Shown here piece by piece: positions 1 through 15,887 of a DNA stretch of 64,000 nt. The position numbers and the translations under genes are program-made. The notes under the pieces were generated by a model that was not told where the DNA came from, did no database searches, and worked only from the letters and a program-made list of their open reading frames with translations. The stretch is from the human T2T-CHM13v2.0 reference genome, Homo sapiens: NCBI RefSeq assembly GCF_009914755.1, contig NC_060930.1, one strand, 5' to 3'. Positions within the stretch are counted from its first letter, which is position 1; each line of letters begins with the position of its first letter.

Positions 1-560
1 CCTTTCCCAACTCCAGGCAGTGCAGCTTGGAGTTCTGGGAGGAAAGGGAAGAGTACAGAGGACTTTGTCTTGCAATTTGGATACCAGCTCAGCCACAGTA
101 AAATAAAGCTCCAAGCAGAGTCCTGAAGCCCCAATTCCAGACCATAGTTTGTGGATGACATTTCTAGACCCACCCTGGGCCAGAAGGGAACCCATTGCCC
201 TGAAGGCAAGGACCCAGTTTTGGCAGAATTCACCACCTGCTGACCAAAGAGCCCTTGGGTCTTGAATAATTATCAATGGTAGCCAGGCAGCAGTCACCAT
301 GGGCTTTGGGCAAGACCCAGTACATGCTGGCTTCAGGTGTGATCCAGCACATTCATAGCTGTGGTGGCCACAAGGAGAGACTCTTTCTGCTTGAGGAAAG
401 GAGAGGGATAGTAAAAACGGCTTTATCTGCAACTTGGGTACCAGCTCAGTCACAGTATAATAAAGCACAAATCAAACTCCTATAGTTCCTGATTCTGGGC
501 CTTAGCTCCTGAAGGGCATTTCTAGATCTGTCCTGGGCCAGTAAGAAATCCGCTTCCCTG

Positions 561-649
561 GCGGAGCTTGCAGTGAGCCGAGATAGTGCCACTGCACTCC
601 AGCCTGGGCGACAGAGCGAGACTCCATCTCAAAAGAAAAAAAAAAAAAA
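561..649 (+). mobile_element. Severely 5'-truncated AluY-like insertion with target-site duplication
   Basis: GCGGAGCTTGCAGTGAGCCGAGAT...poly(A); TCCGCTTCCCTG at 549-560 and 651-662. Confidence 0.9.
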
Positions 650-3323
650 TTCCGCTTCCCTGAAAGGGGAGGCCCGGTCCTGGCAGGATCTATCACTTGC
701 TGACTAAAGAGCCCTTGAGCCTTGAATAAACATCAGCAGTAGCCAGAAAATAGTTGCCACAGTACCAAAACCCAGTACTGTGCTGGCTTCAGGTGTGACC
801 CAGCATAGCCCCAGTGGTGGTGTACAAGGGGGTGCTTGCATCACCTCTCCTCCCACTCCAGTTGGCGCAACATGGGGAGAGAGATTTTGTTTGCTTGGCA
901 GAAAGTAAGGGAGGAGAACAAGAGACTCTGCCTAGTAATCCAGGGAATTCTCCCACATCTTACCCAAGACCACCAAGGCAGTACCTCTGTGAGTCTGCAA
1001 CGGTCACAGTGTTACTGGGCTTGGGGTGCCCCCTAATATACATAAGGCTGCAATGACCAAAGTCATAGATCACAACACTCAATTCCCTTTGAATACTTGG
1101 AAAGCCTTCTCAAGGACAGGTACAAACAAACCCAGATTGCTAAGATTAGAATAAATACCTAACTTGTCAGCGCCCAGACATTGACAAACATCCAGAAGCA
1201 TCAAGACCATCCAGGAAAACATGACCTCACCAAACAAACTAAATAAGGCACCAGGGACCAATTCTGGAGTGACAGAGATATGTGGCCTGGCCTTTCAGAC
1301 AGAGAATTCAAAATAGCTGTTTTGAGGAAGCTCAATGAAATCCAAGATAATGCAGAGAAGGAAATGAGAATCCCATCAGATAAATTTAACAAAGAGATTG
1401 AAATAATTAAAAACAAGAAATTCTGGATCTGAAAAATCTGACAAATCAAAGAATGTATCAAAGTCTCTCAATAAATACTTGACCAAGCAGAAGAAACAGT
1501 TGGTGAGCTTGAAGACAGGCTCTTTGAAAATACATAGTCAGAGGAGTCAAAAGAAGAAAGAATAAAAAATAATGAGGCACATTTACAGGATCTAAAAAAT
1601 AGCCTCAAAAGGACAAATCTAAGAGTTATTGACCTTGAGAAGGTAGAGAAGAGATAGGGGTAGAAAGTTTATTCAAAGAGATATTAACAAAGAATTTCCC
1701 AAACCTAGAGAAAAATATCAAAATTCAAGTATAAGAAGGTTATAAAACGTCAAGCAGATTTAACCCAAATACTACCTCAAGAAATTTAATAATCAAACTC
1801 CTAAAGGTCAAGGATAAAGAAAGGATCCTAAAAGCAGCAAGAGAAAAGAAAGAAATAACATATAAAGGAGCTCCAATACATCTGGCAGCAGATTTCTCTG
1901 TGGAAACTTTATAGGCCAGGAGAGAATGGCACGACATACTTAAAGTGCTGAAGGAAAAAAAAATTTTTTATCCTAGAATGGTATATATCTGATGAAAATA
2001 TCCTTCAAACATGAAGGAAAAATAAAGACTTTCCCAGACAAACAAAAGCTGAGGGATTTCATCACCAGACCTGTTCTGCAAGAAAAGTTAAAGGGAGTTC
2101 TTCAATCTGAAAGAAAAGGATACTAACAAGCAATAACAAATCATCTGAAGGCACAAAACTCATTAATAGTAAGTACACAAATACAAAATGTTATAACACT
2201 GTAATTGTTGTGTGTAAACTATTCATATCTCGAGTAGGAAGACTAAAAGAATAACCTATCAAAAATAGTAACTATAACAACTTTTAAAGACATAGTATAA
2301 TAAGATTTAAATAGAAACAACAAAAAGTTAAGAAGCGGCAGTGGCTGGCTGGGGGATGAAAAAGTGTAGAGTTTTTATCAGTTTTTTCTTTGCTTGTTTT
2401 TGCAATCAGAGTTAAGTTTTCATCAGTTTAAAATAATGGGTTATAAGATGTTACTTGCAAGCCTCTTGGTAACCTCGAATTTAAAAACCTACAATAGATA
2501 CACAAAAATATAAAGTAAGAAATTGAAACATACCACCAAAGAAAATCACTTTCACAAAAAGGAAGACAGGAAGGAAGGAAGAAAGAGAAGACCACAAAAC
2601 AACCAGAAAGCAAATCACAAAATGGCAATAACAAACCCATACTTATCAATAATAACACTGAATTAAATGGACTAAACAATTCTCCAATCAAAAGACAGAG
2701 TAGCTGAATGGATTTAAAAAAACAAGACCCAATGATCTGTTGCCTACAAGAAATGCACTTCACCTATAAAGACAAACATAGACTGAAAATGAAGGGATGA
2801 AAAAAGTTATTCCATGCAAATGAAAACCAAAAAAGAGCAGGAGTGGCCATACTTGTATCAGATAAAATAGATTTTAAGACAAAAACTATAAAAAGACACA
2901 GAGAAGATCATTATATGATAAAAGTATCAATTCAGCAAGAGGATTTAATAGTTATTAATATATATGCACCCAACACTGGAGTATCCAGACATATAAAACA
3001 AATATTAGAGCTAAAGAGCGAAATAGACCCCAATACAATAATAGCTGGAGACTTCAACATCCCACTTTCAGCATTGGATATATCTTCCGGACAGAAAACC
3101 AGCAAAGAAACATCAGACTTAATCTGCACTGTAGGCCAAATTGACCAAATACTTACAGTACATTTTGTTCAAAGGCGACAGAATACATATTCTTTTCCTT
3201 AGCACATGGATCAGTCTCAAGGATAAGACCATATGTTAGGCCACAAAAGAAATCTTAAAAATATCAAAAAATTGAAATCATATCAGTAGCTTCTCTAATC
3301 ATAATGGAATAAAACTAGAAATT

Positions 3324-3999
<676 letters not shown>

Positions 4000-5623
4000 T
4001 AAACACATGGAAATTAAACAATACGCTCCTTAATGACCAGTGGGTCAACAGAGGAATTAAGAAGGAAATTAAAAAATTTCTTGAAACAATAAAAGTGGAA
4101 ACACAAAAGCAGTAGTAAGAGAGAAGCTTATAGCAATAACTATCTACATGAAAACAGTAGAAAGACATCAAATAAAGAACCCAAGCATGCATCTTAAAAA
4201 ACTAGAAAAGCAAGAGCAAACCACAGCCAAAATTAGTAGATGAAAAGAAATAATAAAGATCAGAGCAGAAATAAATGAAATTGAAATGAAAAAATATAAA
4301 AGATCAATAAAATGAAAAGGTACTTTTTTTAAGAAAAGATAAACAAAATAGACAAATTGTTAGTCAATAGTTACACTTTAGCCAGGCTAGGAAAACATGA
4401 GAGAAGACCCAAAGAAAATCAAAGATAAAAAAGGAGACATTACAACTGATATCACAAAAATTCAAAGGACCACTAGAGGCTACTATTAGCAACTACATGC
4501 CAATCAATTGGAAAACCCAGAAGAAATAAATTCATAGACACATCAAACCTACCAAGATTGAACCATGAAGAAATACAAAACCTGAATAGATCAATAACAA
4601 GTAAGGAGATGAAACCCTTAATAAAAGGTCTCCCAGCAAAGAAAAGCCAGGGACCCAGTGGCTTCACTGCTGAATTTTACCAAACATTTAAAGAAGGATG
4701 AATATCAGTCCTACTCAAACTCTTTCAAAAAGTAGAGGAAGAGGGAATACTTCCAAACTCATTCTACAAGGCAATTATTATGCTGATACCAAAACCAGAC
4801 AAAGACACATCAAAAAAGGAAAACTAGAGGTCAGTATTGCTGGTGAACATTGATGTGAAATCCTTAACAAAATACTAACAAACTGAATTCAACAACACAT
4901 TAAAAAGGTCTTTCATTATGACCAAGTGGGATTCATCCCATAGATGCAAGGATAGTTCAACATATGCAAATCAATGTGATACATCATGTCAGCAGAATGA
5001 AGGACAAAAACCATATGACCATTTTAATTGGTCATATGCTTTATCAAATGCTGAAAAAGCATTTGATAAAATTCAACATCATTCTATGATTAAAAAACCT
5101 CAAAAAAACTGGGTATAGAAGGAATATACCTCAACACAATAAAAGCCATATACAGCAGACCCAGAGGTAGTATCATACCGAACGGGAAAAATGAAAGCCT
5201 TTCCTCTGAGATCTGGAACAAGACAAATATGCCCACTTTTAACACTGTTATTTAACATAGTACTGGAATTCCTAGCTAGAGCAATCAGACAATAGAAATG
5301 AAGGCATCCACCTCGGAAAGGAAGAAGTTAAATTATGCTTGTTTGCAGATGATATGATCTTACATTTGGAAAAATCTTAAGACTCCACCAAAAAACTAAT
5401 ACAACTGATAAACAAATACAGTAAAGTTGCAGAATACGAAATCAACATACAAAAATCAGTAGCATTTCTGTATGCTAAAAGCAAAGAATCTGAAAGAAAT
5501 CAAGAAAGTAATCCCATTTTCAATAGCTACAAATAAAATTAAAAACCTAGGAATAAACTTAACCAAAGAAGTGAAAGATCTCTATGAAGATAACTATAAA
5601 ACATTGATGAAAGAAACTGAGGT

Positions 5624-6001
<378 letters not shown>

Positions 6002-9000
6002 CTACTCAAGCATCTACAGATTCAATGCAATCCTTATCAAAATACCAATGACATTCTGTAAGAAATAGAAAAAATAACCTTACAACTTATATGGAACCAC
6101 AAAAGACCCTGAATAGCCAAAGCCATCCTAAGCAAAAAGAACAAAACTGGAGGAATCACATTACCTAACTTCAAATTATACTACAGAGCTATAGTAAGCA
6201 AAATAGCATGGTACTGGCATAAAAACAAGACACATAGACCAATGGAACAGAATAGATAACCCAGAAATAAATCCATACATCTACTGTGAACTTATTTTAA
6301 ACAAAGGTGCCAAGAATATACGTTGGGGAAAGGACAGTCTCTTCAATAAATGGTGCTGGGAAAACTGGATATCCATGTGCAGAAGAATGAAACTAGACCC
6401 TATCTCTCGCCATATACAAGAATCAAATCAAAGTGGATTAAAGACTTAAATCTGAGACCTCAAACTATGAAACTATTAATACTACAGGAAAACATTGGGG
6501 AAACTCTCCAGGATATTGGACTGGGCAAAGATTTCTTGGGTCATTCCCCACCAGCACAGACAACCAAAGCAAAAATGGACAAATGTGATCACATCAAGTT
6601 AAAAAGCTTCTGCACAGCAAAGAAAACAACAAAGTGAAGAGACAACTCACAGAATGGGAGAAAATATTTGCAAACTATCCATCTGATAAGGGACTAATAG
6701 CCAGAATATATAAGGAGCTCAAACAACTCAATTAGGAAAGAATCTAGTAATCCAACTGAAAAATGGGCAAAAGATCTGGATAGACATTTCTCAAAAGAAG
6801 ATATACAAATGGCAAATAGATATATGAAAAGGTGCTCAACATCACTGATCATCAGGGAAATGCAAATCAAAACTATAATGAGATATCATCCCACCCCAGT
6901 TAAAATGGCTTATATCAAAAAGGCAGGCAATAACGAATGCTGGTGAGGATATGGAGAAAGGGAACCCTAGTACACTGTTGGTGGGAATGTAAATTAGTAA
7001 GCCACTATGGAGAACAGTATAGAAGTTCCTAAAAAAACTATATAGAAATACCATGTGATCCTGCAATCCCACTGCTAGGTATATACCCAAAAGAAAGGAA
7101 ATCAGTATATCAAGGAGATATCTGCACTCCCATATTTATTACAGCACTATCCACAGTAGCCAAGATTTGGAAGCAACCCACGTATCCATCAAAGACAACT
7201 GGATAAAGAAAATGTGGTACATATACATAATAGAGTACTATTCAGCTATAAAAAAGGAGATCCTGTCATTTGCAAAAACGGATGGAACTGGAGAATATTA
7301 TTTTCAGTGAAATAAGCCAGGCACAGAAAGACAAACTTCATATGTCCTCGCTCCTTTGTGGGAGCTAAAAACTAAACTAATTGAAATGGAGATAGCAGAA
7401 TGATGGTTACCAGAGGGCTGGTAAAGGTAGTTGTGGGGAGTGAGAAATGGGGATGGTTAATGGGTACAAAAATATAGTTAAATAAAAGGCGTAAGATCTA
7501 GTATTTTATAGCACAACAGGGTGAGTACAGTCAGCAGTAATTTGTTGTACATTTCAGAATAACTGAAAGAGTACAATTGGAATATTCATAACAAGACATG
7601 ATGACTGTTTGAGGTGATGGACACCCCATTTACCTGATGTGATTATTACACATTGTATGCCTGTATCAAAATCTCTCATGTAACCTGATAATTATGTACA
7701 CCTACTGTGTACCCATAAAAATTAAAAAATACCACCAAATTAAGTTTACCAAGTCAGTAGTTCTCAAATTTGTTCAAATTGTAGAGTTCCTGGAGCTGAT
7801 AATTCATTTTGATGAGTATTATAAATGTTGCTATCTTAAGTTTAATACATGTAATTTTTTGCTTAATTAGATGTTATACAAAATTCTAATTTAGAACAAA
7901 TGATTGCAGGAGCCAACTACTTTGAAAAATTATGAGGGGAAAATTTACAATAGAAAATTTTAATAATTTTTCTGCAAATTAGAAAATGCCATTCATTTTA
8001 CTCTGAATTCAAAACTCTTCCGTTTTTTGTCTGTAAGATGAAATCCAAATTTTGGGGACTGGTGTTCGAGGCATACATGTCTTTTTATCCTTCTATTTCT
8101 ACTAATTCCCTCCATGACCTCTCTGTCAGAAAAATTGTGAGTTATATACTGGTTTTAAAATACTTGTTCTATATGCTCTAGTCTTCTATTTGTTAAAAGA
8201 TAGTTTTCAGAAATGGGTAAAATTATTGTCATGCAGATAAGCAGATATAAAAGTCAACATGTGTTAAGAGTAATCTATTCATTAATCAATGAGGGGACCA
8301 GGTAGATGTTATAACCAGTTCAAAAGAGAACCCTAAGAACAGACACATTTATAGATCAGGAATATTCAAATGAATGTGTAAATGGAGGCAATGCTGATTT
8401 TTCCACATGGGGAAAGGGAAGTCAGTTGAACGTCTACAGACAGGATATACTGTGCATGTCTACAGACAGAAATTATTTGGTCTTGCTATCACTCACTTAT
8501 AACTTACAGAGTTGTAAGATACCCCAAGGACAGTGAAAGGCTAGAATCAGACGACTGGAAAGGTATGTTGTATGTGGATAATGCCTCGTTTTCCACTAAA
8601 GCATAATTTTTTCCTATACACCTGGTCTTGTTTTTTCCTGTCTTTCTGGATATTTAATTCCCACCTGTTCTTCAGTGACCTTTAATATCTGCAGAAATGA
8701 GTTTTATCTCTGTCTTTTTCATGTAGTCCTTGCTGTCTAATTTACTTGCCATTTACTTGTATGGTACAGTATTATTAACTATCTTTTTAGCATTTTTAAA
8801 ATCTACCTAAATATATCATAAGATAATTTTATAGTCAGAAATTATATCAAATGTTAGACACTCAGTGATTATCTGTTGTTTGGAAAGAATATCTTCTCCC
8901 TCCTTTTTACTGTGACCTAAGTACCTTAAACCTCTACCACTCCCTCCAACAACGTCAACAATGTCATGTCCAGCACCATCATGTCTTGTTTAGCCTGGAA

Positions 9001-9287
9001 TTAGTGAATTCTTAATATTGGGTTCCCCAAAAGAAAATCAGTATATTCAACTAAAAACAAAGCAAAAACCTTGGATAATAACCTGCTATGTATGCATAGC
9101 TTGAGTTCAACATATGTCTTAAAGAGGTTTTGATAGTTCAAATAGATGTGATTTTTACCTAATAAAGCTATTTTCAATTTCTATCCATTTTCAACAGGTA
9201 TTTACTCATGTTATCAGTTGTGCAAAGTGGGGAGGGATATTTGACTTGGGAATGAGGGATGTTTTCTCCTTCCAAAATACATGTTCT

Positions 9288-9560
9288 ACAGAAAACCAAA
9301 CACTGCATGTTATCATTTATAAGTGGGAGCTAAAAATTGGGTACACATGGACATAAAGATGGGACCAGTAGACACTGGAGACTGCAACAGTGGAAAGAGT
9401 GGGAGGGGGGCATAGGCTGAAAAATGAACTAGTGGGTACTGTGGTCACTACCTGGGTGATGGGTTCAATCCTGCCTCGAATCTCAGCATTGTGCAATATA
9501 CCCTTGTAACAAACCTGCACATGTGCCCCCTTGAATCTAAAATAAAAGTTAAAAAAAAAC
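9288..9560 (+). mobile_element. L1 3'-end fragment (old primate L1PA/L1PB-like)
   Basis: 'ataagtgggagctaaa...aacaaacctgcacatgt...aataaaagttaaaaaaaaa' typical of an L1 3'UTR. Confidence 0.85.
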
Positions 9561-9783
9561 ACCCCCTACATTAACAAAATCACGAAGCCATAATTCCCAG
9601 AAAAACAATTATATTCAGCTCATTAATTATGTGTTTATTTTCTTTATTGGTATTTACAAGTATATTCCATGTCCAAAAATTATTGTTTTTTAAGTGTTTT
9701 GTTAGTTTTAGCTAAATATTTTAGTTATCAGTAAATAATGTTTATTTTTTACAAGCACTAACTACAAAACTCCACTTCTTTAG

Positions 9784-9927
9784 ATGAGAGATGCTGACAA
9801 ACATTATATAAAACCAATTACAAAATGTGAAAGTAGCACACAGACGAATACACACATACTGCCACCAACGATTGTGAGATCATATGAGTGGAATGAATGG
9901 GAATTAAGAAGAAAAGCTATAAAATTG
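9784..9927 (+). CDS. CFAP206: Cilia- and flagella-associated protein 206, penultimate coding exon (144 nt, phase 0/0)
   Basis: cttctttag| acceptor; MRDADKHYIKPITKCESSTQTNTHILPPTIVRSYEWNEWELRRKAIKL; donor |gtttgt; joins in frame to the 12784 exon; synteny upstream of SLC35A1. Confidence 0.85.
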
Positions 9928-10529
9928 GTTTGTAACAATACTTTCTAGAATTATTTATATGTTGGGGAATTTTAATCTATTGTTACTCATAGAGTTGGTA
10001 AATTAAATTATTTATATAAAATAATGAGTTTTATACAGAGTTCTTTGCTAACAAAAATATAATTTATAACTTGCTAGGTTTACATTATAAGATTGTCTTC
10101 TAATTTTAAGCATATATAGAACAATGATAATATCTATATATCTATCTGTCTATCATCAGTTTTAAAACTTGGTGCTAGTATTTAAAGCACTCCCAACTTC
10201 CTTTAATCACTTAAGGTATACCATTCTTTTTTTTGTTTGTTTTTTGGACCTTTTCTATTAAAGCATAGATATTTTCCCCTCAACAACATATTATCTCCAG
10301 ACCCTGGGCACTCTCATCCTTCTGATTCTCAGTCACCTTAATTACAATATAGATACCTACCCTTAAAGCCTGTCTTTGAAACTCTCATCCCTGTCCAACT
10401 CAGTGAAATTACCCCCACCATCCCCTCTTTATGGTATCTTGTCATTTTAAACAACAAATATTTATAGTATGGAAAAAATAAAATATTTTATGTCTGTAGC
10501 CCCTTTTTAGTATATTTTATCCATCTCTT

Positions 10530-11015
10530 TAACTGAAATCAGGTGTGGAAATAAACAATGCCTACCCAAATGAGAACAAAGCAAGGCTATTTATTTAGAG
10601 CTTACTGTAGCAAGGGAGTCAGACACTGTCACTTGTGTTTGGTAGACTCAAAGCATGCAGGGGAGTGGGAAAGCTTTATAGTCAGAAAAGGGGGAAGCCT
10701 TCAGATGTTCTCTGATTGTAGTTTGTTAACATGAGAAAGCTGGAAGCAGGCTAACTAGAAGCAGGGCATTTTATGAGATTGGTTTGGTGAGCATATCTAG
10801 GTTTCTCTGGTTGGTCCTGAGTTGGGGCAGAAGGGGCCAAAAAATGGAGAAGTTGGCTAAGTCTTCAACATTCTGGGTCAACTGCTACAGCTATAGAGGT
10901 TGAGACTGGCTTCCCTGACTGGTTGATGTACAGGCTGCAAGTCAAAGAGTTCTATTGTCATATATGGTCTAGCCTTTGTCCATTTGTATATTCAGTCCAT
11001 TTGTATATTCAGTCC
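10530..11015. mobile_element. Probable old solo LTR (family unassigned)
   Basis: ~490-bp GC-richer block with 'tttatt' near one end and attgg motifs; resemblance only. Confidence 0.4.
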
Positions 11016-11594
11016 CACTGACCACATTATTTCCTTTGCTACTCACTCTGGTGGCAGCTTTTCAGTTCCCTGGCATGAGGAAGGATCAGTTTCCCCATAT
11101 ATCTTCCAGATCATTGTTCCATTAGTATTCCTTCCTATCAGTTACTCTCCTGTAGTTCATGAAATGCCCAACCCCCATATTATTTTCTATTATCTACTAA
11201 ACTCACTTGAGTTCATTAGATTTATTGGGTAACATATATATCCCACTACTTTGTTCTAGCAAGTGATACTGTTACATTAAAAATATTTCAGTACCTCCTT
11301 GTAAGTGGTACCTCCTTGTAAGTGGTGTAACAGAAGTGAAATGAAAATTCTACTAAATTAACATAGGTGATATTTTATGTTGCTTTTGAGATACAAATAG
11401 GCAAAGAGGAGGAGGGAAGTGATGGCTGGATAGGATAGGAGAGATAGAGGTGACAGCATAGGTATGGACTGGAAATGTTAAGAGAATGGGGTATTCAGGG
11501 GTCTGAACTTCATACTGACTGAGCCCTCTCTTCCCATTCCTCAATCTCCACTTAATTCTGACTCTCACCTTGGGCCTTATTATTCCCTAGAACT

Positions 11595-12105
11595 GTATTA
11601 TATTGAATGCCAGCTCCCCAAGTGTCACCTACCTAACCTGTGGATAAGACAAAGCTGAGTTTATTGCTTACAGCCATAAGGGAAAACACCACCTCAACAG
11701 TGCTTTGGCAGTGTCTCAGAAGAGGAACTGCAAAGTCAGAATTGATTGAGAATTTGAAGTTTGCTAAGGCAGGTCTTCCAATGACTGAGGTGGACTGGGG
11801 GTAGGATGGAGGTTTGAATCGGATTGGGTAAGGATCATGAAAAAGCAGTCCAGCATTGGTGGGAATAGCAAGAAGATTTTTTGAGGCAAGGGATGCAGAC
11901 TCTTAGGACTGAAACTGTGTTTTGATGCTTACTACTGAAGAGTTGACACATCTCTCAGGTACTACTGAAATGAGCAATCAAGTTATTTGCTTAGGCAAGA
12001 GTCTCTTGGAATGGTAAAATCATGCTAATGAAGACAATGGAATAGTAAAGTCATATTAATGTGGACAATAACCTGGGTATTGGGGAGTAGTTTCGGTTCT
12101 CAGTC
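11595..12105. mobile_element. Probable old solo LTR (family unassigned)
   Basis: ~500-bp block with 'gagtttattgcttac', LTR-like layout; resemblance only. Confidence 0.35.
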
Positions 12106-12783
12106 ACCTGCAGTATCTCAAACTCTGAAATGTTTCCTCTAATTCCAGGTGTCACCTTCTTCACTCACATGCTATAATGCCTTTTGAGTTTTTTCTTGGC
12201 TTTTACTATAAGCGCAGCAACCTTATTCTTCTTTTTATAAGCTCCTCCTTGCTTCCCAGCCTGAGTAATCTGTTTAACCTCATGTTTACTAATAATCTAT
12301 AAAGGGAGTAAGCAAAATGTAGAATACTGTAAAATACAAAATGGAAAGCATCAGACTCTTTTATGTTAAAAATCTAGGGTGAAGTCCATTTTTAAAAGAT
12401 AATACTGTATAAATCTTATATTTTTGTTAAAAGAAAACAAGTATAGTGGAAAAATCCAAGTTATATGAATCTCAAAGTATAATAATGAAGGAATTAGATT
12501 ATATTAATAAATAACTGGTTGAGTTCACTGTAATTTTGAATCTGTATGTTTTTTGAGGTCAATTTTCAACATTTTACATATTTTTCTACGTCTTGGTAAG
12601 GGATATTTAATTTTCTATTATGTTCTAGATTTTCCAATGTTTTATAGAAAAAATGCTATGTTATGGAATTAATTTCTTGTGGATTGAAGACAAAAATAGG
12701 CAGATATTAACTGGTATCTGATAATATTTTATGTTATTTGTTCTTTAGAGAAATGTTAATTCCTGTATTCTCTTTCTCTTTAG

Positions 12784-13014
12784 GCTAATTTGCGCCAGAA
12801 AGTTACTCACTCAGTACAAACTGATCTTAGTCACTTGAGAAGAGAAAATTGTTCCCAAGTGTACCCTCCAAAGGACACTAGCACCCAGTCCATGAGGGAA
12901 GACAGCACTGGGGTGCCCAGGCCTCAGATTTACTTGGCTGGTCTTCGTGGAGGAAAGAGCGAAATCACCGATGAGGTCAAGGTGAACTTAACTAGAGATG
13001 TGGATGAAACCTAA
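12784..13014 (+). CDS. CFAP206: CFAP206 last coding exon
   Basis: Strong pyrimidine tract plus AG at 12782-83; ANLRQKVTHSVQTDLSHLRREN...IYLAGLRGG...DVDET* (TAA 13012-14). Confidence 0.88.
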   Translation, partial: ANLRQKVTHSVQTDLSHLRRENCSQVYPPKDTSTQSMREDSTGVPRPQIYLAGLRGGKSEITDEVKVNLTRDVDET

Positions 13015-13204
13015 TTACAGACAACGTTTTAAAATAGATGCTACTCAATTATGAACAATAGCAAGTACTTAAAGGTATATTAACATCTATACAAATTAAT
13101 TTTGTAGGGGTGGCACATTCATTGGTTGTGTGACTGTTTATTGGGTTCCCATATTTTATCAAACTGTTTTCTGTAACACATTTTTCATTCTGTTGAAATT
13201 GAAA

Positions 13205-13210
13205 AATAAA
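13205..13210 (+). terminator. CFAP206: Poly(A) signal AATAAA for CFAP206
   Basis: AATAAA ~190 nt after the stop, followed by T-rich sequence. Confidence 0.7.
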
Positions 13211-13467
13211 ACTGTCCATTTATCTTTTATTTGTTAGAAAAATTTGTCAGCATTAAGATTGAAATTATGATAACATTTAGATATAAATATAAGATTATTA
13301 CTGGAATAGAAGTCTATTTCTAAACCATATTTAATGTTAAACGTTACAAACTTAAAACCTAATCAATATTTTCAGCTCTGTTAGCTATTAAATGTTAACA
13401 TGGATTAAACTGATATGTAACAAAACCTTACTAATTTGGAACAATTGGAGCAAAGGTCCACATGATG

Positions 13468-13816
<349 letters not shown>

Positions 13817-14204
13817 TAAAATTTGTATTTCTGGCCCTTCAAAAAAAGAAGAAATCAGAATATCTGCTAACACTTGGCCAGCATTCCTGCAAGTAGTAGC
13901 TTTGCCCATTCATAGGGCAGGCACTTTCAATCCTCCATTGCCTAATCTAGTTCCTGCTGCCTTATGGGCCTCCCACGTCACTGCTTTGCCTTATTTGCCT
14001 GACTGCATAGGCAGTTGTGTTTAAAGCTCCCATGAATTGCTGGTAGCTATATTTTATAACTGTGGTTTTATTACTGTCTTACATACTTCTAATACCAATT
14101 CATGGATAATAAAGCTTCTAGGAAGGGCTGTTTATCTTGCTTTAGTAGCTAGGAGGTCATTTGTATTTGGCGTATTTTTTTCTGCTCAGGTGACCTTTTA
14201 CTAA

Positions 14205-14594
<390 letters not shown>

Positions 14595-15584
14595 TAAACT
14601 TCAAACAAACCTACTTCTAAGTTTTTGTGATTTTCATACCTGTAGTTTACAAATGATGTTTAAGATAGACTGGCTGGCTGTTAAGGCAGGGCCTGGAGGA
14701 GTGGGGTGATACTAAAATTTACAAATTCAGGAATGTCATTTTATCTGTTCAATTAACCCTTATTTGATTCTGCAAGATTCCTAAACACAGAAAAGAATGG
14801 CTGTAACCTGAAATTTGGGCTTATCAAGTTAAGGCTTGGAAGTAGAATGGCCAAGTGAATAAAAATACCAAATCCAATTTAAAAACCCAATCCTAATATC
14901 AGACAGTCACCTGGTAAGTACAACAGAATAAAGGGAGCTACATCCAATGGAAAACTCATCCTCTCCCTGGACCTCCACCATCTATTCAAGCCCTATCCTT
15001 CTGAAGATTTCCAACCATATGCTGAATTTAATGTCTGATGGTCACCCCCATTTCAGCAGGTCACAGATCAAAATAACTTTCTCTGCCAAACTTGTTTCTT
15101 TCTCTTTATTTTCTTCTATTTTCAAAGGCATCACTGCCTTACTCAGTAGCATAAGTTAAAAACTTCCTGTCTTTCTCCCCCTACACTTTACTAGCCTTCA
15201 AGCCCTGTTCATTTGACCTGAATTGTCATTGAGATTCATGTCTTCCTATTCTCACCTCCCCAGCAGGACTTTGTCTTACTGCCTGGGTCACTGCTCTCTC
15301 CATTTTTCTATATGGTTCATCAGGATGTTTTCTCATGCATAAATCTGATCCTGTCATCTGGCCTCCTCTTCCCCACAGCCTTTGCCTCAGTTGCTTAAAA
15401 GTCACCAAGACTCTTGTCCGCTTCCTAGGGAATGAACTAAAACCTCCTTCATGTATTATGTAAAACTTTTTAAAATATGATCTCCATTTATCCTCCAGTT
15501 TCCTCTCCTACTCTTCCCATACTCTCTCCACACACCACACACATTAGCCAGATTGAACCAAAACTCTTCAAATAGGTCATGGTC

Positions 15585-15887
<303 letters not shown>

